Shown here piece by piece: positions 1 to 8,367 of a stretch of 21,001 nucleotides of DNA. The stretch's first letter is position 1. Every line of letters begins with the position of its first letter. Made by a program: the position numbers and the translations under genes. The stretch spans positions 1 to 21,001 of the forward strand of contig CBFFRP010000330.1 of assembly GCA_965644295.1 (NCBI GenBank), given 5' to 3'. The notes beneath the pieces are model-generated. The model saw only the letters and a program-made list of their open reading frames with translations. It had not been told where the DNA came from and searched no databases. The stretch comes from Paraphysomonas bandaiensis (Eukaryota; Protista; Chrysophyceae).

Positions 1-110
1 GTGGTGCCTGAGGTCAAGTTTCGAGCAAGAGCGAGTTTGCCTCTCTTTGGCTGCAAGGACATGGATGTAATGAAGGGTGCTATATGCACAGTACCCGTCG
101 CTTGGTATTT
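1..110 (-). other. N-terminal part of OTU-like domain 3
   Basis: IPSDGYCAYSTLH matches the canonical OTU P-x-D-G-x-C motif (Cys codon 88-90); truncated by the window edge. Confidence 0.6.
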
Positions 111-2934
111 GTTGTTGTGTTCTAACCGCCGAGGGTCTTAGGGTTAGACAATACACCCTGCCCATGGCGCACATGAGTTGCCTGAGGTGGTTATGATCCT
201 TGGGGGACCTTTGTGCAAGGTGGCGTCGGACTCTCGCGGAGAGAGAAACATCAAGTATCTCGGCCTGTGTCGAGATGGTGTCTATCTGAAGGTGCCGTGG
301 ATCTGGGGGATCCTCAATCCTGACGCCTTCTTGTCTGGTACGCAGGTGCTGCAGTAAGTTGGAAATGCGTTGTTTGGTTCGTGCGAGAGCAGTGTTGAGT
401 CGGTACTGGATACCAGGTATGCTAGTAGTGCCTGTCGTAGCAAGAACGTGAAACCCGTGTTGGCTTTGGACGATGTCGTGGGTTGTAACATCTTCCGTGG
501 TGAGGTTCCTTGTAAGGGAGTGCCGGAAGAAAGGCGTTAGCTGCGCCCAGCCCGACACTAGATGTGGTTGATCAGCTTCCCATAACCTGTATGGTATAGA
601 TAGTAGGTCTAGTATTATTTGAAAATCCTGCACGTCCATTTCCAGTTCGCTGTCTGGTTGATTTCTTTGAGAGTGTTCAAATTGTTGCAACCTCATCCGA
701 AGTGATTTTGTGGAGGAAAGTGGTGCCCCTCTTGTCAGGCAGAGTGCTCTGATATGCTTGGAAATGTCGTGCGGGGACTCCACATTGGATTTGATGGAAG
801 TCTGCAACTGCTGTGCTATTTGGAGTGCGCTGCACGTGGAACCCTTCGTATGTTCACATTTTGGAAATGTGGTCATAAAGATGTAGTTGTCTGCCCTGGA
901 GAATTTGTCAATGAAGCTATCCCAATTTGCGATCCTAGTTGGGGTCAGCATTTGCGAATGTATCTCCTGTACTAGTTCTGGCTGTGGAGCGACTGCTATG
1001 GTGTGGAAGTCATCGTATTCCACCCAGTTGTTCAGAACCGTAGAGTGGAATGGCATGAAATCCTGTCCCATAGCGTGTAGGATGGGGCCTGGGGAAGAAC
1101 TCGTGTGAGCTGAGTCTGCTATGTCCGGTGCTGGTGGGTCGCCAGAATTCAACGAGGGGGATGTGGGAGCAGGTGATCTCCATTTGACAGGGAAATAGTC
1201 AGTGAGGAGTGCACGCGGTGGTACAATTTCCTTGGCGTGTTTGGGTACCTTATTCTTGGGGTGGTGTATCGGTCCGTCACCACTATTGTCAGAGGAATAT
1301 GCCTTCCCTTGGCAGTTATGCGAAGGATGGGTACCTACCTGATTCTGGTGATGCCATTGAGCTTCATTAGATTGTTGTGGTAGTGCCTGGAGTATCCGTC
1401 CGCATACAAGTTCAGGGAGTCAGTCCAACAGCGTGTGGAGTTCCAGTTTTACTGGTAGCTTTGTATCTAGGAAGAAATGATCTTCCGAACAGAACACCTC
1501 ATGAAATGGCCGTTCTTGCGTCTTGGGAATGAAGGCTGAGTGAAAGGTAGACCAGTACGCCCAGTTGTGCCCTAGGACTTCTGGTTCTTCCTGCCATACT
1601 CTGAGCCGTATGTTCAGGGTTTCTGCTAAGAAGGCAATGGTATCAGTATGTCCCCATTTCTCTGTGGGTATTCCGATGGCAGTAGGTTTCTTCCTACGAA
1701 GTGCTCTGTGATATGTGGTGAGTAGTTGTTTGAGCTCCTTGCAAATGGCCACAATGTTGAGCTTTTTGGCTTCCTCTGTTGTGTATGAGTTGAGTACTTC
1801 TCTGCTCGTCTGTATGACTTGGAGCAGTTTATCTTTCGAGTCTGGAACATCAGGGTCCAGGTACGGGTATAGCTTATCATTTGAGCTCTTGTAGTGAATG
1901 GAAGCAATTGCCGCCAGCCCGCAGAACCCCGCCATAGGAGTGTTGTTGTACTCTGAATACGCATAATGGCGTGCTACAATCATTTTTCCCTCTTCCAGTG
2001 AGCGACGCACGTGGCTGTGGATAGCGGGAGTGTCGTGTCCCAACTGTAGTAGTTGTGTCACACTGCTGACCATCTCTTCCTGCAAAGCAATGGCAAGCAA
2101 TCCACTGGGCGAATAGAACGTCCATTCCTGGAGGGTGGAGTCTAGGAAAGCAGCTGGTACTGGATGCGGTATGAACACTGGTGGGGTCTCAATCGGTTCT
2201 GCGGAGTACATTTGTTGTGTTATCCCAGAACCATCCTGAGGAGTAGAAGTGCTGGTGGATGGTTTATACGATGTTGCAATCTCGTGTGAGCATAGAGGGC
2301 TGTCACTGTGATCTGTTGAGGACATCACTGCGCAGGCTTGTGGAGTGGACTTTTCGAGGGATGTAGATTGCGGTGGGACTATGTCATGGGGGGACGGCCT
2401 TTGGTTCGTAGTCATGTCATCCCTGGCCGGTCGAGTGGTATCAGGCTGGTGTGGAGGGGCCTCACTTTTCTGCGATTTATGTCGAAGGTGCTCCTTCCAG
2501 ATGAGTTTATTGAATTGACTCATGCGAAGCGCACTGCGTGTCTGTCTGCGTTGGATATGTGGCGGGAGGCATGGGATGGTGCCATCACGATACTGCTGTA
2601 GTTTTCGTGTGCAGCTCTGTCGTCGGAGTTTGTTTCTCTTATACTGAGCAGAGGCAGGTCTCTTTCTCGGTCCATCCCCACTACTGTCGCTTGAATATTC
2701 TGGTCCATGATGCCATCTTGTTGTATGTACACTGCTCGATGAGCGTAGGAATTTGTCTGGCGGTTTGCGCGGTGGTCGGAGGTGATAGTCTAAGGGCGTG
2801 TGTTTCATGTCGAATGTGAGTACGTGTTGAGGATTTAGTAGGTGTGGACTGGGGGGTGACCACTTGGGGGCCTCTTGCAAACTAAATATCTGTGTAGTGC
2901 TGTTCGCCTCCAAAGTGTCCCAGTCCAGTAGAAG
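1..2934 (-). CDS. ORF2-like polyprotein with three tandem OTU-like cysteine protease domains; one in-frame TGA at 1420-1422; open to the window edge
   Basis: Manual translation shows the frame of the 1420..2913 ORF continues past TGA (LLD*LPELVCGRIL...) with no further stop for 473 codons to position 1. OTU-like motifs: TPMAGFCGLAAIA...WGHTDTIAFLAETLNIRLRVW...EDHFF; a diverged second copy (KGSTCSALQIA...DFQIILDLLSIPYRLWEAD...HGFH); and a third starting IPSDGYCAYSTLH. Confidence 0.7.
430..850 (-). other. OTU-like domain 2 (diverged internal duplicate of domain 1, possibly inactive)
   Basis: Aligns by eye to domain 1: TIAFLAETLNIRLRVWQEEPEVLGHNWAY vs DFQIILDLLSIPYRLWEADQPHLVSGWAQ; FHEVFCSEDHFF vs THDIVQSQHGFH. 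Cys codon at 832-834. Confidence 0.5.
1460..1945 (-). other. OTU-like protease domain 1 (candidate Cys codon 1921-1923, His codon 1477-1479)
   Basis: G-F-C-G-x-x-A nucleophile motif, the W-G-x-x-x-x-I-x-x-L-A-x-x-L-N-I-x-L-x-V-W helix/strand motif and a terminal H-F-F match OTU-superfamily motif order. Confidence 0.7.
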
Positions 2935-4703
2935 TCAGTTGGAATCAGACCCGAATATGTCGGAGTCATCGCGCTCGTAGTCTTCCTGATTCCTCTTCGG
3001 TAGGCATTGGCCGACTTTTTGTTTATAGTAATCAAGCACTACGAGTGTGGTCTCTATGTCGATCTTGTAAAGGTCCGTTACCGCGTTTTCCAATCGGGAC
3101 AGAATGGTGTGTACCGTGGTTAGTGGAACTAGATTTGAGGACGCGTGGAGTGCAATTTCGCATAGCTCCGGGCAGGTGGGAGTCGGTGCCGGTGTGGTAG
3201 GGGGGGAAATGTCTACCTGTCTTTGCCGTTTGGGTGTGGAGGAACGAGTAGCTGCTGACCTCTGTTGTGGTACAGTGGTTGGACCAAAGGGCTGGAAGGA
3301 TATGGGAGGCGATATGTGGTGGGAACTGTGGTCCTCAGTATCAATTGCCTCGTTCAGAGCATACAGAAAACGTTGGGAGTGAAGATCTGGAGGAATCGGT
3401 ATGGTATGATAGAGAAGGTGTAAGTTTTCGTCCCCAAGGGCGCTTTTTAGGCAAGTGTTAATACTAGGGCGAGAGAGTTCCCAGGTGAGTTTGATCTTGT
3501 CATTGTTTTATTGTCAAGACAGATGTAAGTTTGTTCCATTAATCGTTCTTTTTCCCTGCGGTTGGTAGTGATCGGGTTACGCGCAGACCATATGATGTCT
3601 TGTATATCCGCAGCAGGGATCCCTATTGCATCACATGCCTTCCATACTTGCACGGGATGCAGGAGTGTTTCCGACTTAAGGGCGATGTGAAATAGGGAAA
3701 GGGTCGGTGCCCAGTTGGATTGCTTAAGCGAGGGTGATTCTCTGCTTGTCATTCGGCAACACAGTGAGCCTAGGCTGAGTTCTACATGTCCACCAACTTC
3801 ATTGTTGAATAGTGCTTTGTAAAATTTCGTTCTTAAGTCTTGGTCTCGAACAGGGTGGTGAAGTAGGAGAATCTGGTAATAGCGATAGGTTTTGTCTGTA
3901 GCCCTAGTTTTGCCTTTGTAATGAGTTAAAGTCCAAAATACTTCGTACGGGGGGAGTGTGGCAAAGCCTCCTGCGCGAAGTAACATGTCCAGTATATTCC
4001 GCAATCTGTAGGCGTGTGCAGGCCTGGTGCTGGCCGAATCAGCAGTCATACCATATATCGCAGCAACGGGTACCAGAGTTGGTTCCTCTATGGAGCGATC
4101 GACGAATTGTTCTCTTGGGGTTTGAAACAGTGACAACTGAACGTGTCGACTTTCTGTCCGTTGACGCCCTTTGTCGTCAACTGAGGTGCCAGTTTCAATA
4201 TGTAGATCAAAACAGAGAGGCGCTGAGAGCATGCATGAATCAGCAGCGACATTCTGTCCCATACCCGGCCTGACCTCGTACCCAGGTCTGCCAAGGGCGA
4301 ATGCTCGTATTACTCTGCTCGCCGTAGGAGCCGGTAAATCTGAGCAAGTTCGCGCATCCTCGGCTGCCCTGAAAGTAGCGAGGTCTTGCGGGGTAGGGAG
4401 TGAAATTGGAAACCCCAATTCATTGATTAGATAATGTATGATTCCAAAGAACGCCGTATCGTCTGTCATTTTCAGGTTGCTGACCACTAGAGTTCGGTAT
4501 TCCATGGCTGGTTCGAAGCTGCTCCATTCCAAGAACGTGCGAGTAGATGGAAGCTGAAGTCTGGGCACGTCGGCTTTGGATTTCTTGAAATCCGATAGGG
4601 CGTTCTTAACATGCGCATCATTGTCCATCAGTTGATGGGAGGGAGGGAGAACAAACTTCGAGGTGTAAGTTCGTTTGGTAGAGGGAGTGGCTCCACGTTG
4701 CAT
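2935..4703 (-). CDS. ORF1-like protein of the mobile element; needs one frameshift between ~3450 and ~3507
   Basis: The 3447..5420 ORF becomes protein-like from MQRGATPSTK (ATG at 4703), with an RRM-like start YRTLVVSNLK. A -1 frame (NDKIKLTWELSRPSINTCLKSALG...EDYERDDSDIFGSDSN*) is open from 3507 to TGA at 2935-2937, the same frame as ORF2. Confidence 0.5.
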
Positions 4704-5595
4704 TGTATCAGGTGATTTTTGTAAGGAGTACGTATTGATTAAATATGCTTCCAAAGGGTGGTTATATAAGAGGTGCACATATAAGTGGTAAATGCGGTGG
4801 TGATAGTGTGTTGTGTAGTCGACGAGGTTGACTGGGAGAGTACAGCTTGATACGCTGTATACTGTGTAGAGCGACTGTATTCGCGCATACCACGTAGAAA
4901 GTATAGTAGTCATCCAATGAGATGTGTAGACTATAGGAATGATAGGTAAGCCGTGAGAGGTGGAGGATTGCTTGGTGAGTGCACCATAGATTGTCCATGT
5001 GGAGTGGGTTTGTGCGGTCGCCAAGAAATGGTCCTGTCTTACAAGGTAGCGGGGTCGATGGAGAGCAAAGGTGTTAGGGAATGAACAAGTGCACCTTTTC
5101 CTAGTGCCTACCCGCACGAGCCATGCGATGAGTGGTTGTAACCGTAGAGAACGGAGTGTGGTGCAGATACATCTACAAGGGAAATGTCCAATAGGGACTG
5201 ACAGCGCTGTAGTGGTGCAGGCACTTAGTTTAACTGATGGCGTTAGTGAAGGGAAAGGTTGCCAAGCCACGTTATCTAACGGGGAGCATGTACAACATGG
5301 TAAGACAAGATGTTTGTCGGCAGTGTGGTGTGTTTCAAAATGTTGCCCTGCTTGGAGAGAAGGGAACAGTCTGAGCCCGGACCCGCTGATGGGACACAAC
5401 CACGGTCTCAATAAAGACATTGAGCTTGGAGCGAGCTAAAAAGGTATAACTTTTTGTTGAACTGTGTTTTTACCAGAAGAGAGAGAGAATTTAATATATT
5501 ACAGGATGATTACTACCGATAAACACCAAAAAGCTTCTAGTACAGCTAGTACGTACTTTGGAGTAGGCTGTAGTTAATAGGTTTATTGTTTATAC

Positions 5596-6340
5596 CAGGG
5601 ATAGGGAACAATATATTGTATTGCAATACATTGTACAATATATTGTAAAATATATTGATTGGTGGACTGGTCAAATATTCCATCAATACTGTTTCTGTTA
5701 AAAGGCCTCACAATACTATTGCAATATATTGCAATCAATATTATGATAGTCATATAAGTGAAGATTCTCAACTGTTGGGTGCAAAATGGATATAAAAACC
5801 GAGAAATTGATAACAACATTACAAAGGATAATGAAGCTGATGTTGACTATGCGACTAAAAATCTTCAGTCAGCTCAAAAAATTAAGAAACGTACAGATCC
5901 ACGAGTCATTAACGGTTGCTTGGCCCTGATATGTACTTCCAATACATGGGAACGTCTGTTCAGCACATCTAAACATATTATATCAGTGTTGCGCAAAAGT
6001 ATCCATCCTACTTAATATGCTGTTGTTTCTGAAAGCTATTCGACAGTTATGGCCGGATACTAGCATATTTCAATTAATTCTGTGGATGAATATGGTGACG
6101 TCACCGATGATGGCTCAGAGGATGAGAACGAGGTGGATTTTTAGTAGCTATAAGCAGCAGTTGGTTTATGTGATCTTTATGACTAATACTAAAAAATGAA
6201 TTCTACGGATGTGTTTATCTACTGATTAGTCATTCTAATATATTGTAATTGTATTGTGGGACCGGTTTAAAAAATCCATCAATACTATAGATGGAACGCT
6301 ATCTAACAATAGTATTGCAATATATTGTTCCCTATCCCTG
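5596..6340 (+). mobile_element. Non-autonomous (internally deleted) hAT-superfamily DNA transposon, 745 bp
   Basis: Perfect 23-bp TIRs CAGGGATAGGGAACAATATATTG (5596-5618; reverse complement at 6318-6340). Identical 8-bp TSD GTTTATAC at 5588-5595 and 6341-6348. Subterminal CAATAT/CAATAC-ATTG palindromic repeats and an internal hAT dimerisation-domain remnant. Confidence 0.93.
5910..6060 (+). pseudogene. Remnant of hAT transposase C-terminal dimerisation domain
   Basis: ICTSNTWERLFSTSKHIISVLRKSIHPT / MLLFLKAIRQLW matches the hATC pattern S-x-x-x-E-R-L-F-S...R-x-x-L-x-P...L-L-F-L-K; broken by a stop and a frameshift. Confidence 0.85.
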
Positions 6341-6521
6341 GTTTATACCCTATACTGATAGCTAGTTTCGCTTAACACTGATCAAGTAAGTGCTGTGATT
6401 CAGGTGGTTTTATTAGTTTATTAGTCTCATATTGATTTCAAATATGAAATATCATGACTGCACAAGGAAGACCCATAAAATAAAATTTCAATCAATTACT
6501 TTCAAGCCAGCTGTACACTGT

Positions 6522-7991
6522 TTAACTGCACACATACTGTTCTGTCTGAAATATATCACACAGGCAAAATCCGTATAACGGCCTATTTACGCAGACGGAT
6601 CACTCACGTCCACCCACACTATCCTCCACTCCATCTTGTCCCCTAAAGAAATATCCCCAGCCAATTGCCATTGCGTTATCTGCATTAAATATATTAGTGT
6701 GAGCCGTCAAATAGCCAACACAAATATTTCATGTGGCTTCAACACCTTAATACTATATGCAAACGAAACATGTACCTTTGGCATTCTAGGGAGACTGGGA
6801 TCACGGAATACAGTCGCAGCATCAAAGCGAACACCTATATATAGCATCGTCTTTCTCTCGTGCAGCTTTGGCAGTGGTGTATGGTCACCCTCATCTTCCT
6901 CCCCAGCCCCGCATATCTTTTCGGCTCGATGATGCTTCACAGGTGAGCTGGAAGGCTGGGAATTTCCGAACACGCCTGCCCCCACTACTCCAAAGCTGGG
7001 GTTGGGGAACAGAGAAGGCGATATATCCTCTTTAAACCCCGGGGTATTTTCTACAGCATGACACTAAACATAGAAAACTGAAGTACCCAGACTTTTTACC
7101 ATCAACGACAATTACTTCTAATTGTAAAGGCGTCACGCTTACGAGTTCATCCCTGAGAATTGACAATCGAGGGTCTCCTCCAAAGTCTGTGTTGTTCATA
7201 GATAAGTATTCGTTGAACACTTCCTCTGAAGTGACCTCTCTAAGTTCCTCAGCCAGTTCCGAGGATTCTATCTCTCTGGTAGAGGAATCATATCACATAC
7301 ACCAATATATAGCAATCCGCATTACCCATTAGCATATTGTTTAAATTCCGTAGAATATATGATATCACGAACTTTCATATAGGCCATCTTGGCGCCTTCA
7401 AGGAACTCAAAAATATTGAACCCATATTTCTCCAGGAGAGGGTGCTGTAAAAAAAAGCAGTTGAAAATTTGTTACACATAAAGGGCATTAGACTCACATG
7501 TGTTTCTGTATATATGTATAGTGCATGGAACATCCCTATACCCAACTTCCTCCGCAAGTCATGAAACTTATCCGACCCCTCCCGAGTGAGCACCGACAAA
7601 GCAGTGTCCCATCTCTTGACGTGCTTAAACTCCCAATCAAGATCAGCATCAGTCTTCTTCTTGTTTACGCTAAAAGCACAGAGTGAGAAATCCGGCATGA
7701 TGCGTTTACAGAGACAGATATATATGACGCGTGCCTCGAATATAATAACAGTACAGATATACGCATGACTACAGAAGAATTTTAATATCAGAATGATATG
7801 AATACAGACATACAGCACATGTGATACGACTACAGAGCATGATACACATATAAGTCATATGTAACTATGTACTTTGGAGAGAAGAAACGAACGCTCTGTC
7901 TGCAGTCATTCACTCTGACGCTCACAGCCATCTTAACGTTACTCACAACACCCCTGCGAAATAATCTCTCTGCTCGAAGCATCATCATCAT
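6522..7991 (-). CDS. Spliced gene, mitochondrially targeted Tim44-like domain protein (MAIP1-like), ~318 aa; predicted exons 7991-7873, 7669-7498, 7444-7326, 7275-7100, 7050-6776, 6679-6608, 6545-6522
   Basis: Six GT-AG introns (203, 53, 50, 49, 96, 62 nt) join fragments in frame (957 nt total); two donors are GTGAGT. The N-terminus MMMMLRAERLFRRGVV...RQSVRFFS looks like a mitochondrial presequence. KYGFNIFEFLEGAKMAYMKV...LREVTSEEVF, IGVRFDA and WQLAGDISLGDKMEWRIV match Tim44/MAIP1-like motif order. The first and last introns are least certain. Confidence 0.72.
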
Positions 7992-8367
7992 GGTGCGCTC
8001 TATAGTGATGAGACTGGCATATACAGGAGTAACTCCAGCTCTTATGATCAATCCCCATCATCATGCAGGAGGCAGATGCTCTTGTCTTGTGTTCGACGTA
8101 CTGCTGCACTGTACTGCTGCACTGTACTGCTGTACTGTGTATTCCGTATCCCTTAACCGACTTTGATTGTCCCACACAACGTCCTGAACTGCTGCCAGGA
8201 AATATCCTGGAAGCGGACTACACATAGCCGTATATCCATATATCCATATGCTGCATACACATACATAACAAGCAACACACGCCACCAGCAGAGAATTAAT
8301 TTGATCACATGTCACTGATTCACTCTACAGTATTCATATTCACTACTAATCACAAGAGAGCAGCACG
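7992..8367. promoter_or_regulatory. Putative bidirectional promoter between the divergent Tim44-like and NYN-PARP genes
   Basis: 376 bp between divergent ATGs. Contains CTGTACTG-type short repeats (~8098-8137) and an imperfect palindrome CCAGGAAATATCCTGG (8195-8210) followed by AAGCGGACTACACAT, which is retained in the otherwise divergent paralogous promoter. Confidence 0.5.

Larger units (their letters stand above)
1..5490 (-). mobile_element. 5' portion of a large unclassified mobile element, probably a non-LTR retrotransposon-like unit with ORF1 plus an OTU-protease polyprotein ORF2; continues beyond the window start
   Basis: Compositionally distinct block (about 50% GC, C/A-rich coding strand) that ends at a (GA)n tract near 5478-5488, where AT-rich DNA begins. 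It has two long, apparently intronless co-oriented ORFs, unlike the intron-rich neighbouring genes. No RT, endonuclease or transposase motif lies in the window, so the class is inferred. Confidence 0.5.

Noticed and set aside
4704-5420. First ~240 aa of the 657-aa ORF as real protein
   Set aside because: Atypical composition (T/H/Y/C-rich) with no motif; may be an open 5' UTR. Not excluded, but unsupported.
5438-5455. AAAAAGGTATAACTTTTT hairpin as a terminator
   Set aside because: Short A/T-only stem in eukaryotic DNA; no support for function.
7380-7686. Plus-strand spliced gene suggested by an AG just before the duplication boundary
   Set aside because: The minus-strand model gives consistent phases, better splice sites and a recognisable domain.
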